Shown: one piece after another, positions 11,311-21,905 of the stretch
How the letters are laid out: every line of letters starts with the position of its first letter
Numbering within the stretch: position 1 is the stretch's first letter
NCBI GenBank assembly: GCA_000165345.1
Contig: CM000434.1
Span: forward strand, 736,001 to 800,000
DNA length: 64,000 bases
Direction: 5' to 3'
Program-made: the position numbers and the translations under genes
The notes under the pieces: model-generated
The model's database searches: none
Told to the model about the DNA's origin: nothing
The model's input: only the letters and a program-made list of their open reading frames with translations

Positions 11311-11763
11311 ATCTGTCTTGAATATGTTTCTTTTTAGACCATAGTAATGGAGATGACGATTTTGAAGGGGTTACAACTCTTCGTTACACAAGTAGATTTT
11401 CTTTTTGTATTAGACTTTTGATAACTGATACTTATTAAATATTTACGATTTGTTTTATTTGTATTAATACTTTAGTAATAAGATGTATATCGTACTCAAG
11501 GAATAAAGACTTGGGATTACGGTCTAGTAATGATTATGATGATAATTATAAAATTAAGATTACTCTCAATCACCAAATTTACTTAAGTCATAAGGTTTAT
11601 TCATGATATACTTTCAATTGTGATATTTACTCTAGGATTTGCCTTTATCAGTCTTTTTCCCAATTGTTCAGTTAATTCTGTTAATTCTTTGATATAGTTT
11701 TGTCTGAAAATATATTTTAAAGATTAAGCTATAGTCATAAGTTAGAAATCAGATTACTCCAAC

Positions 11764-13258
11764 TTACCTTTCTTCTTCGTATCTTTTCTTGGATATATTT
11801 TTCAAAATATTCTTTATTTTGAGTAATCTTTGTTTACTCTCTAAAATTTGATCTTCTGTATTACTTAACTCTCTCTGTTTCTTAAGTAACTCAGAATTAA
11901 GCATTCTAGCTTTGTTAATCTTTTCATTAATTTCAATTTGAATCTCTTGTATTTTATTTGAATTCAAATCTTGTTCTGATAACTTTTGTTTTATTATCTC
12001 AATTTCATCTATCAAACTATTTTTTGTTATCATCAACTCTCCATTTTCTCTTATATAAACTGATATATTAAAATGACTATCATTTAGTTTATTATTGGCT
12101 TCCATAATAATTTCTTCATCATCAAATACCTCATGAATATTGAAATCTCTTTTTGTTTCCCACAAGTACTTTATTACTCGAATTTTTTCATCTAGTCCAG
12201 ATAACTGAATTTTTATTGCATTCATTGTTGACTGGATCTTATTCAAATTTGAATCCTCAATTGTATTCTTTCCTTTTATACTGATTAATTGTTCATTTAA
12301 CTTTTCTATTATTTCAATTTTCTTGCTTTCCTCACTTTTCAATTGCAATATTTGCTTTTTATTAATTAATATTTTCTTATTCAATTGTTCAATCTTTATT
12401 TTTGTATCCTTTCCTGCTCGAATCAGCTTATCTCTCTCAGTTTCTAAACTTTTTACCATCTTTTTCTTTTGTTCGTTAATTTGAGCATACTCTGTTCTTA
12501 CTGACAATATTGCAGTATTCTCCATTGACATCATTCCAAGTATACATCTTGTATTATCCTCCAGCTCTTTTAATGTATCCTCTAAATTTATTATTTCTTT
12601 CCTTCTCATTTTTGAACAAGATTCTAATGCAACAGTATTTAACTGTTTTATCATTAATTCATGTGATAACTCCTCATTCTTTTTTATTACATTACTTAAA
12701 TTCCTATCACAATTTATCTTCATTCCCACCTTCTCTTTGAGCTCCTCTTCATTTGTAATCAACCTAGATGATAATTCAGCAATATCATCCTCAATAAGCT
12801 TCAATTGACTTTTATAATCCTCCTCTTTACTTGATAATCTACTCGTTTCATTCATATAGTCGGATATCAAATCTTTAATTTCTTTAAAATTTTTTTTTAC
12901 TTCAAAATATGTACTATTTTTCATCGTTTCTATTGATTTTCTTACTCCTACTATAATCTCTTTTTCCTTTTGATACTCATCTTGAATTATCGTAAATTTT
13001 GACCAAATCTAAAACATAAAAAATTAGTAATTAATTTCTATCTTTTTTTCCTTCCAAAATCAAAGTTTTCAACCCAAATTGGTTAAATACTTCAAGTACT
13101 ATGGTTCATTAAAAAAAAGAACTTACCTTTTTAAGATTTTCATTGTTGTTTAATACTCTTTCAAATCTATGATAAAGCTCTTTAGCCTCACTTGGAGTTA
13201 CTTCCTTATTATTTATATAATTTTGGACATATTTTGAAATTTTTGAATTCAACATCAT
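11764..13258 (-). CDS. K/E-rich coiled-coil protein (hypothetical); 2 exons
   Basis: The main ORF 11764..12924 is a continuous heptad-like coiled coil. The frame stays open up to 13008 (…IWSKFTIIQDEYQKEKEIIVGVRKSIET-MKNSTYFEV). A short 5' exon at 13127..13258 (MMLNSKISKYVQNYINNKEVTPSEAKELYHRFERVLNNNENLKK) is bounded by a GTAAGT donor (plus 'acttac' 13121-13126) and joins in phase 0 via acceptor AG (plus 'ct' 13009-13010). An in-frame TAA precedes the ATG. Confidence 0.5.
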
Positions 13259-13812
13259 TTAATTAATATTCCTGCTAATATTATTACCCATCAAAACAAA
13301 TATATTATAGCTTTCTCTAAAAAATTGATTTGATTTTATCCAATGAGAAATTTAATTAATTCCTAATTTTCCGTTCCTTGCTTTTCTATTTACAGCTTTC
13401 AACATTTATTTTAATAATTTAATCATAAAACTTGTCGAAAAATTGCAAAAATACTCAATTTTACTCAATTTCTATTTTTTACTCTTTTTTTAGTACTTTG
13501 TCGCATCTGCATTATGGGCCGCATGCAATTTGCAACTAACCTTGCAATAATTTGCCCGGTATGCAACTGGCGTTGTCCACATGCAAATTATTATTACTAA
13601 TAACATCGGTATGTGCAAGTTTGCATGTAAACGAGCGCAAAAAAAAAAATATTACGTAATGTAAAAATATACAAAACAAAAATACACGTGTCAAAATATA
13701 TGTTAAATAAAATGGTTTATAAAAAATAAAAAATTTACTTAATATTTGAAGAAAGTATGAGAAATCAAATTATCGTATTTTATTGTAAGTAGTCAGAAAG
13801 ATGCTTAAGTAG

Positions 13813-15255
13813 TCAAATTTTTTTCTTAAAATGTGACTTTTTGATATTGTTGAGCTTAACTTTGAGCATCCAAGAAGGTACATCTGCGCCAGAAGACTTT
13901 ATAACCTTTGCAATGGACTTAATTTTTGGAATGTCTCTTAAAGTAAAGAAGGTTATTGCATATCCAGTTCTTCCAGCACGGCCACAACGTCCCACTCTAT
14001 GAATATAATTACTTGGAGAATGAGGGAAATCATAGTTAACTACGCAAGAAACGTTCTTAAAATCAACTCCTCTAGCCATTAAATCAGTGCAAATTAATAT
14101 CCAAATCTTACCAGTCCTAAACCTCTGAATAATGTTATCTCTCTTTACTTTTGGCATATCAGAATGTATAGCTTCCACAATCAAGTTATCATACATAAGT
14201 TTCTTAAAGAGTCTTTGAGCATCATCCTTGCTGTTTGTGAATACAAGAGTAGGAAGCATTATTTTGCCTTGCTTAATAAGTTGTCTTAATGATTCAATTT
14301 TTGCATCATCTTTTGTGACACAAACAAGCTCTTGAATGATGGTACTTGAAGCAGCTAATCTATGGCCAAGTGTTACTTTCACTGGAGATTTCATTATAGA
14401 ATCTGCTAAATTTATTACAATTTGAGGTAATGTTGCAGAAAATGCTGCAATCTGAACCTTTCCACCCTTTGGAATATTTGAATGTGATAGTATTTCATCA
14501 ATTTGAGGAGCAAAACCCATATCCAATAACTTATCAACTTCATCTAAAACAATCATTGAGCATCCTTGCAAATTAATTATATTATTACGACAAATATCTG
14601 CTAAACGATATGGAGTTGAAACCGCTATATCTAACCTCTTTGTGTTACTTTCTTGAGCTTTATCAATCTTGCCACTAATATATCTGCAACGATACTTTTT
14701 GCCATGAATATCTAAAATTATCTTAATCTCACGAACTATTTGCTGTGCTAACTCTCTTGTTGGACTTAAAATCAAGTTTGCACAGTATACTTTATCATTT
14801 TTTAATCTGCCAAGTATTGGAAGTATATAACATAAAGTTTTTCCCGAACCTGTTGGAGATTGTACAAGCAAATCAACTCCAGAAAATAGCAGAGGGATTA
14901 CCTGAGACTGGATTGCTGTTGGCTTTTGGTATTTCAATATGTTCATTATATTATCTAAAACCCAATCTGGAAGATTTCCACATTCTTTTATTTCTTTAAA
15001 TGTTAGTAATGGCATAGTCTTATTGTCTCCATCTACTGCTATATTCATTGAATTCCTCTTATCAATAATATATTCCTCATTTATTATCGTTTCTCCTTTA
15101 CTTTCTTTATCTTCTTTTTCAAAATTCTCTACGGAATTGCCATATTCTTCCAATCTTGCTTTTTCATAAGATATCTTCTCCCAAAGCTCTCTAGATTTTC
15201 TTCCGTTTGTAAATGATGTACCTGAAGCCAAAATTGAGAATGATGAACGATCCAT
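13813..15255 (-). CDS. DEAD-box-family ATP-dependent RNA helicase (motif II variant DEVD), ROK1/DDX52-like
   Basis: 480 aa. Motif I GSGKT, Ia PTRELAQQ, II VLDEVD, III SAT, VI HRVGRCGRAGRTG. ATG at 15253-15255 verified. Confidence 0.8.
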   Translation of the reverse strand: MDRSSFSILASGTSFTNGRKSRELWEKISYEKARLEEYGNSVENFEKEDKESKGETIINEEYIIDKRNSMNIAVDGDNKTMPLLTFKEIKECGNLPDWVLDNIMNILKYQKPTAIQSQVIPLLFSGVDLLVQSPTGSGKTLCYILPILGRLKNDKVYCANLILSPTRELAQQIVREIKIILDIHGKKYRCRYISGKIDKAQESNTKRLDIAVSTPYRLADICRNNIINLQGCSMIVLDEVDKLLDMGFAPQIDEILSHSNIPKGGKVQIAAFSATLPQIVINLADSIMKSPVKVTLGHRLAASSTIIQELVCVTKDDAKIESLRQLIKQGKIMLPTLVFTNSKDDAQRLFKKLMYDNLIVEAIHSDMPKVKRDNIIQRFRTGKIWILICTDLMARGVDFKNVSCVVNYDFPHSPSNYIHRVGRCGRAGRTGYAITFFTLRDIPKIKSIAKVIKSSGADVPSWMLKVKLNNIKKSHFKKKI

Positions 15256-16630
15256 TCTTAGTTTGTTATTGTAACTATTGCCACTAACTTATGCTTTAAG
15301 CTTTATTTAATAATTTTCTAAGCTAATACCTAATAAGAACTTTCCAATTATTATTTAGTCTCCAAATACAGCTTTCGTTATTTATCTAACTTTCTTTTTT
15401 TTTTATTTCCGAGAAAACTCCTTAAAGGCATACTTAACCTCTAATTTATATTATAAGATTCCTACGAATATTGGCGCCAAAAGTCAAATTATACAAATAT
15501 TGGTTGAGTTGAATAATGCATTAAGAATAAAATAAATTCAAAATAAAAAGAAACATATTATAAAAATATAATTATAGTTAGAAAAATGGTTAGCCTTACA
15601 AGTAATTCTATTATTAAAAATAACAATGTAAGTTGAACTGTACTAAGGACTTAAGATGCTTTAACTTCAAGTTAGCTAGTAATAGCAAGAGAAAAGTCAA
15701 GAAGATTATCAGAATTCCTTTTATTTCACTAAAAAGATTTTCAAACCTAACATGTAATTTTAATTCATCACTTAAACCAACTTGACATCAATCCCTCAAA
15801 CTTGAAATCTGTTCTGTCCTCAATATCATTTCAAAATAAGCATTAAAATAAAATAGAGAATTCCAATTTAGTATCCTCAATAAGCCTTATAGATGCTAAA
15901 AATAGTTTAAATTAATTAAGTTAACTCAAAATATTTATTTCTTTAATAGTTTTAATGGTTCATCAGAAATTTGAGCGAAGATTTCTGTTTTCAACTGCTA
16001 TTTAACAGATTCAATAGGGGAATCTTTGTTTCATCATATTAAACCATTAATGACATTATAAACTTACATTTTAATTTAAACCTTGAAAAAAAATAAGAGA
16101 ATATTTACTTCTGATTCATTTTGTCCCAAATAAATTTTTAGTACTCCGTGAAATACCAATTAAGACAAAAATCCAGAATGGCGCCAATTGTCATGGATGT
16201 GGCGCCAGAACATGCAATTTGAAGAAACCATTCAGAGAATGTTTTGAAGCAACATCAAGAATGGCAATATAGAAAAGAAGCAAGAAATCCGTATGGGAAA
16301 TACAAGTCATACACCGAAAGAAAATAGTAAAAACACGGTTTAAGTCATGAAATCTTTAATGACATTGCAATTGTATGCTATCTAAAAAAATATATATGTA
16401 GGTAACAAGTTCAAAGTAATGTTGCAAAGCTAATAATATTCAAACTCAAAATTGAAAATAGATACTGGAAAACTTTATATCAATTTAGCAATTTATAATA
16501 TGTAACCATGTGTGTTCCTAATGGATAGTAGCATTGTAAGTATCAACACTTGCAATAATAATCTAAACGTTATTCCATATAAATAAAAACCAAAAGTGTC
16601 AATTCTACATAAGAGCTACAAGTGCAATAT

Positions 16631-17242
16631 TTATGAGCAGCATCCGCCTTGTCTAATTGGCTGAGCTCCTGCTAACTTGGGACCTTGTTGCGCAGAGCCC
16701 CTTGTATTCTGACTATTCACTTGAACTCTCTTCTTGATCTCACCAGCCATTGTATGGAATGCTTGCTCAACATTATAAGCGTTTTTAGCAGAAGTTTCTA
16801 TAAATTTTATTCCATGAGAATCTGCAAGTTCTCTTCCCTCGTCTGATGTTACCACTCTCTTGCTCACAAGATCGCACTTATTACCTACTAACAATTTATT
16901 AACATTCTCCATTGCGTATCTATCAATCTCTTGGATCCATTGTTTAACATTATCAAAAGAATCTCTATCTGTAACATCATAGACAATAATGATTCCATGT
17001 GCCCCTCTATAATAACTAGAAGTAATTGTTCTAAACCTTTCTTGTCCTGCAGTATCCCAAATCTGTAACTTTACTGTCTTATTCTCCAAACTTATTGTTC
17101 TTATCTTGAAATCAACCCCAATTGTTGAAATATAACTGTCAGTATAGGTGTCATCAGCAAATCGTAAGAGTAAGCATGATTTACCTACACCACTATCTCC
17201 TATTAAAAGTAGTTTGAATAAGTAGTCGTACTCAGGATTCAT
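16631..17242 (-). CDS. RAB1: Rab1/Ypt1 small GTPase
   Basis: 203 aa. [22 protein letters not shown]…[14 protein letters not shown]…WDTAGQERF…GNKCD…ETSAK…GGCCS, a diagnostic Rab1 sequence with a C-terminal CC prenylation motif. Confidence 0.95.
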   Translation of the reverse strand: MNPEYDYLFKLLLIGDSGVGKSCLLLRFADDTYTDSYISTIGVDFKIRTISLENKTVKLQIWDTAGQERFRTITSSYYRGAHGIIIVYDVTDRDSFDNVKQWIQEIDRYAMENVNKLLVGNKCDLVSKRVVTSDEGRELADSHGIKFIETSAKNAYNVEQAFHTMAGEIKKRVQVNSQNTRGSAQQGPKLAGAQPIRQGGCCS

Positions 17243-17579
17243 CTGAACCTATTATCCTGAGAAACTCTAAATTTTATATATTGTAATCACTTGATCCTTC
17301 CCTTATGTATCACCCTTACAACACAAAAAAAATTATCCTTTTCACTCAAGTTAGCGCTGAAGACGCCAGTAATTTGTATGGTTAAAATGCTTTTTTTCCC
17401 TCAAATTCACAATTTATGCTAGCCTCCAAAAAATGTGGTTCACAGATGGCGGGTTTTGTGGCGCCAAGAGTTCAAATTTTGTTATAATTTAATTTAAAAT
17501 ACTAATTAACTATGAAAAAACAAATATTGAAATAATAAAAATATTTTTAAAAAAAGTTATTATAGTTATCTTTAATACC

Positions 17580-17692
17580 TCAAAAAACAACTAAGTGGGT
17601 TAAAAATACAAAGTGAGCTACCTGAGAAACTTCCTTGTCTGTGGTTGGTTTACCAATATATAAATTAGTCTTGGAATTTGCTTCTCCCCACA
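17580..17692 (-). CDS. Possible small ORF (~37 aa) between NOP2 and RAB1; unverified
   Basis: ATG at ~17690-17692 reading MWGEANSKTNLYIGKPTTDKEVSQVAHFVFLTHLVVF*. It lies ~30 bp downstream of a minus-oriented CATGCATG…TGGCGCC composite (17723-17742). No homolog recognised and below the ORF-track threshold. Confidence 0.15.
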
Positions 17693-17770
17693 TATTATAA
17701 TTTAATGGTGCACGTAATTTTGTGGCGCCAGAGTCATGCATGTAAAATAGTGTATTGGATTTTGCATGCG

Positions 17771-19399
17771 CTAGTTTACTTTGACATTGGGCTTTTTATG
17801 CAAGGGTTGTGAGCTTGATTTATCAGAATTCTGTTTAAGAGAACGAGAAAGCATTCTGTCTCTCTTACCGGGTTTATTCTTTGACTTTTTAATAGGTGAA
17901 ATGGTGTTAAGAATTTTAGAATCTCCTGAAGTATTTTTGATTTGTTCTTGTTTAGAATAATCAGAGTCAGCTACTGGATCAATCTTGTGTATAAGATCAT
18001 TAGTCCATTTTTCTTTGCCCCAAGTCTTGATGTAGCTATTTGACTTGCTTCTGTCTTTTTTAATTTGTTTAGGAATATCATTCGAAATCTTTTTAAGCTT
18101 AGCAACGAAGAAGCCATCCATATTATTGAGATGAGGGTATATTCTTCTAGTATATGTGGAAATTGTAGGATTAAATCTATGCTCCCTAAACTTGGAGATA
18201 CCATTTGATCCAATTTCAACTCCTAAAGGAACCAACTTAACATGACGAGTTCTTAAAATATAGTCAATAACCATCTCATTTTCCTCAATAGAAATAGAAC
18301 AAGTAGAATAAACAATATACCCACCTGTTTTGCTATTAGCATCAACCATATCAACAGCAGCTTTAAGGAGTTCCTTTTGCAACAAAGAGTGTTGAGCCAA
18401 CTCTTTAATGCTTCTCTTTACCTTAACAGATGGATCCCTTGCAATAATTCCAAGACCTGTGCATGGAGCATCAAGTAGTACTCTATCAAGTTTTGGAAGG
18501 AATGATCCTAACTCCTTACCATCCATATTAACTACAATACTATTATTAATACCCATTCTATGAAGATTAGCAATCAAACCAGTACATCTGTCCTTTCTTA
18601 AATCATTTGCATATAATATGCCAGAGTTCTTCATTAATTGTCCAATATAAGTTGTTTTACCACCTGGAGCTGCTGCCATATCAAGAATCTTCTCTCCTGG
18701 TTGAGGGGCTAATGCCATAACTGGAATAAGACTAGAAGCGCTTTGAATCATATAATGTCCGGCAAGATACTCTGGAGTTGCACCAATTGGAACACTACTC
18801 GAATATATTGTAAGTCCAACCTTGGTCCATTCACCTGTAGGATCTACGTTTGCACCTCTAGAAATCAATTTCTGTGCCAAATCTCTTCTTCTACTCTTAA
18901 GCATATTGGTTCTAATTGTTAAAGGTCTCTTATTTTCATTTGCCTCAAAGAAATCTAAAGCTTCTTTTGGAGAAAACAAGTTTAATATGTAGTTTGTAAG
19001 CTCAGTATTATATCCATATAGGATTGATATATCATCCGCTAATTTATCCATCAATTCACTTCTGGATGCTTTTTTTGAGTTTAAGCCTTTATATTCTATA
19101 GTGGCTTTACCTGGACCTTTTGAGTCCAAATACTCAACTATTGATTCTACTCTTGATTTTATTGTTTCCAAATCTTCACCAGTAACTCTTAATCCAAATG
19201 GGCCAATAGTATCGTCATCACCTTTCTTAATATTTATGGCAATTTCATCTTCATCATCCCTTTCTTGATCAAAATTTGTTACAAATTCGTCATTTATCTC
19301 CTCTCCTTCCTCAGATTGTAAATCAGAATCTGAAAATCCCTCGTTTGAGAAATGATCTTCAGTCTCCGAATCCGTAGATAATACGTCCTTACCCTTCAT
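17771..19399 (-). CDS. NOP2: NOL1/NOP2/Sun-family rRNA (cytosine-C5) methyltransferase (Nop2)
   Basis: 542 aa. SAM-binding motifs (…LDMAAAPGGKTTYIGQLM…, …LLDAPCTGLGIIARDPSVK…) and a catalytic TCSI motif. Acidic N-terminus and basic C-terminal tail are typical of Nop2. Confidence 0.85.
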   Translation of the reverse strand: MKGKDVLSTDSETEDHFSNEGFSDSDLQSEEGEEINDEFVTNFDQERDDEDEIAINIKKGDDDTIGPFGLRVTGEDLETIKSRVESIVEYLDSKGPGKATIEYKGLNSKKASRSELMDKLADDISILYGYNTELTNYILNLFSPKEALDFFEANENKRPLTIRTNMLKSRRRDLAQKLISRGANVDPTGEWTKVGLTIYSSSVPIGATPEYLAGHYMIQSASSLIPVMALAPQPGEKILDMAAAPGGKTTYIGQLMKNSGILYANDLRKDRCTGLIANLHRMGINNSIVVNMDGKELGSFLPKLDRVLLDAPCTGLGIIARDPSVKVKRSIKELAQHSLLQKELLKAAVDMVDANSKTGGYIVYSTCSISIEENEMVIDYILRTRHVKLVPLGVEIGSNGISKFREHRFNPTISTYTRRIYPHLNNMDGFFVAKLKKISNDIPKQIKKDRSKSNSYIKTWGKEKWTNDLIHKIDPVADSDYSKQEQIKNTSGDSKILNTISPIKKSKNKPGKRDRMLSRSLKQNSDKSSSQPLHKKPNVKVN

Positions 19400-19706
19400 T
19401 TTTCAATTTATATATGTTACCTTTTATGCTAATTTACCTACAAACTTCGGCTAATATCTAAAAAGTTTCACCCTTGAATGGCAACTAAATCAATACTTTG
19501 ATTCTGCCTTACTTTATTATTATTATTGGCTTCTCTTAAATATCTTCCAAGTTTATTTTACTTATTCAATAAGTTCAACCTAGAAGCAATTTTGACCGGT
19601 TTAACTAATTTTTTATGCTCTAGTCATCTATCAAATTCTATCTAAATTATCAAATTTGACTATTGCTTTTTTATTTCTATATTATTTAATTTCTATCATT
19701 TCACCG

Positions 19707-19767
19707 TTGGCGCCCAACCAGTAGGTACCGCATGTAGCTACCGGTATATAAGCCATGTTGGCGCCCA
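19707..19767. promoter_or_regulatory. Composite promoter cassette upstream of NOP2: GTTGGCGCCC (19707-19716) – GGTACCGCATG (19725-19735) – TACCGGTATATAAG (19739-19752) – CATGTTGGCGCCC (19755-19767)
   Basis: Same order and orientation as 541-615. It lies 310-370 bp upstream of the NOP2 ATG (19399, minus). Confidence 0.5.
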
Positions 19768-19888
19768 TTTTCATTTAAAATAATTGATTAATCAAATGTG
19801 TGGAAAAATAAATATAAAATTAAAAAGTAATAAAAATTTAAATTATATTGATCAAAATTGATTTGTATTCAACTTTTCTTAGTATTAA

Positions 19889-21646
19889 TTAAAATATAGA
19901 AATGTTTTTGAGACTGAGTTGAATAGGCCTGGTTGTAATTACTATTCCAAAAATTATAAAAGCGCTTGTAATTGCGACAACATTGAAAGTCATTGTATGG
20001 TCTAAAAAAACCGTTGGAATTATATTTATGTTGTGATATATAGTTTTATAATCATTATTATTTTCCTTTAAATCTTCTTGAATTTTCCAATAAGATAGTG
20101 AAGGAGGAGATATCTGCCCTCTTTTAAGCTTTGCACCAAGATATACAAGTGGGAGAAAGTATTTTTGAAATTTGAATATAACAATAACATTTGTATTTGG
20201 AGTTAAATCGATACAAAAGTTTACCAATATATTTTCTGATTTATAAATCTTAATATTTAGAAACTGTAAGGCTTTAAAAGAGTCCAAAATTAGAATATCA
20301 TCATTTTTGTTATGTATATCTATAATATTTTTGATCACTTTGGATCTTGCTAATAAGACTCGGGTATTGTAGAACCAAGGATTAATATATCTTGGGAACT
20401 GCTCCCAGTGACAAATTCTTATTGTTTTCTTAGAAAGAAGATTATCAAAAGCAATTATTAAACTTCCTTCTGTTCTATCATTCTTAATGTCATTTCCTAT
20501 TACTGACTTGACATAGGATCTATCTATATGTAAAAAGTTTAACTTTGACTTATTCTCAAGTTGTTCCCGAGGATGTAAAGCAGAAATATCTTTGATCCAT
20601 TTTAATCCACATACTTGTTTTAAAAACTCTAAACTTAATTTTATTGTTGTGTTATTTAGGTTTAATGTATTCATCTCTAAGCTAAATAGATCCTCATGTA
20701 TTGGGTGTTTATATGGAACAATATTGCAAATATCGTTATTTTCATGATCTAATACATTTTTTTTCAGAGGTATACTATTTAAAAAATAACTAATCTTGGA
20801 CTCTGCAACAACTGAACAAATAAAATCTTTGTAATCTGGTTCTTCAAGATCAATCAATGACCATAAAGTCTTGTTTTGCTCCTTTTCTATTGTATATAAA
20901 GGTTTTCCTTTCAAAACTATATTAAAGAAGATCCTGAAATATGCTTTTTTTCCTCTTTTCTTGAGCTCTAATCCTATTGATTTGTACGATGCTTTTACAA
21001 AAGAATCCAATGATATATTCTTGAGTATGCCATAAGATCCTATTTTACTTGAAAAGTCTAAAGTTGTACAAGGAAGTAACTTTCTCCAGCAATTCAAATT
21101 ATCCATACATAAAGTATCGTCATAGTTATTACATATTTGTCTATTTAAACCGGTACCTTTCTTAATTTGAGTACAACTCTTTTCTCTATCTAATGAATTA
21201 CTAAAGACTGTCAAAGAATTACACATCATCGAAGAAACTCTAGTTAATATGGATGACCATAACTCTTCTGAAACTAAGCTTGCATCTGAAAACCCCAGAT
21301 TTAATATTGAACCTGTAGTATAAATATCAACAGGAGGTTCTCCCCAGTTAACTGTTCTCCACATTCCTTGTGTTGAAACTACTAACAAATCGTCAAGTAA
21401 AGGAATCTGCAATAATCCCAAAAGTTCATTTGGAATAAACTTATCATCTTTATTGGTCAAATTATTATCTACTTCTATCTCCAACTCGTATCCTAAAAAA
21501 TATTTAGTTTTATGAGGTAGTCTATTAATTGTAGTCTTTTCCAGATACTTTTCCCTATTTTCGTTACTTTGAACAAATCCAACTAATACTATAAATATCA
21601 AAGATATTGTCAAGAAACTCATTTTGAATAAACTCATGTCCTTCAT
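19889..21646 (-). CDS. PIGT: GPI-transamidase component PIG-T/Gpi16
   Basis: 585 aa with a signal peptide and a C-terminal TM helix. Conserved blocks match PIG-T: 'LLVVSTQGMWRTVNWGEPP' (cf. LHLSFTQGFWRTRYWGPP) and 'DNLNCWRKLLPCTT' (cf. ENLTPWKKLLPCSS). Confidence 0.7.
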   Translation of the reverse strand: MKDMSLFKMSFLTISLIFIVLVGFVQSNENREKYLEKTTINRLPHKTKYFLGYELEIEVDNNLTNKDDKFIPNELLGLLQIPLLDDLLVVSTQGMWRTVNWGEPPVDIYTTGSILNLGFSDASLVSEELWSSILTRVSSMMCNSLTVFSNSLDREKSCTQIKKGTGLNRQICNNYDDTLCMDNLNCWRKLLPCTTLDFSSKIGSYGILKNISLDSFVKASYKSIGLELKKRGKKAYFRIFFNIVLKGKPLYTIEKEQNKTLWSLIDLEEPDYKDFICSVVAESKISYFLNSIPLKKNVLDHENNDICNIVPYKHPIHEDLFSLEMNTLNLNNTTIKLSLEFLKQVCGLKWIKDISALHPREQLENKSKLNFLHIDRSYVKSVIGNDIKNDRTEGSLIIAFDNLLSKKTIRICHWEQFPRYINPWFYNTRVLLARSKVIKNIIDIHNKNDDILILDSFKALQFLNIKIYKSENILVNFCIDLTPNTNVIVIFKFQKYFLPLVYLGAKLKRGQISPPSLSYWKIQEDLKENNNDYKTIYHNINIIPTVFLDHTMTFNVVAITSAFIIFGIVITTRPIQLSLKNISIF

Positions 21647-21905
21647 AAGGACCTTCCCACACTCAAAAAGTCTCCAAGCTCCTCCCTTCTCTTTAACTCA
21701 AATTATACTCTTTCAATTCCTCTTCAAACCTTAACTATATTTCCTTTTATTAATTAAAATGTTTTGGCGGGCTTTCTGGCATCAAAGAAATTTTACAAAA
21801 ACTTGAAATCAAGTTAAGAAGTAGAAATAATGAAATTTTGATGTGTTCTTTGTGTGAATTAGATGAATAGAGCAAAGTACTTTTAATCTGATTAAGAATA
21901 CAGAG

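Noticed and set aside
17246-17340. Possible short intron between exons of the 37-codon ORF near 17600
   Set aside because: The putative intron would be ~25 nt, too short for a spliceosomal intron. Kept only as an unspliced small ORF of low confidence.
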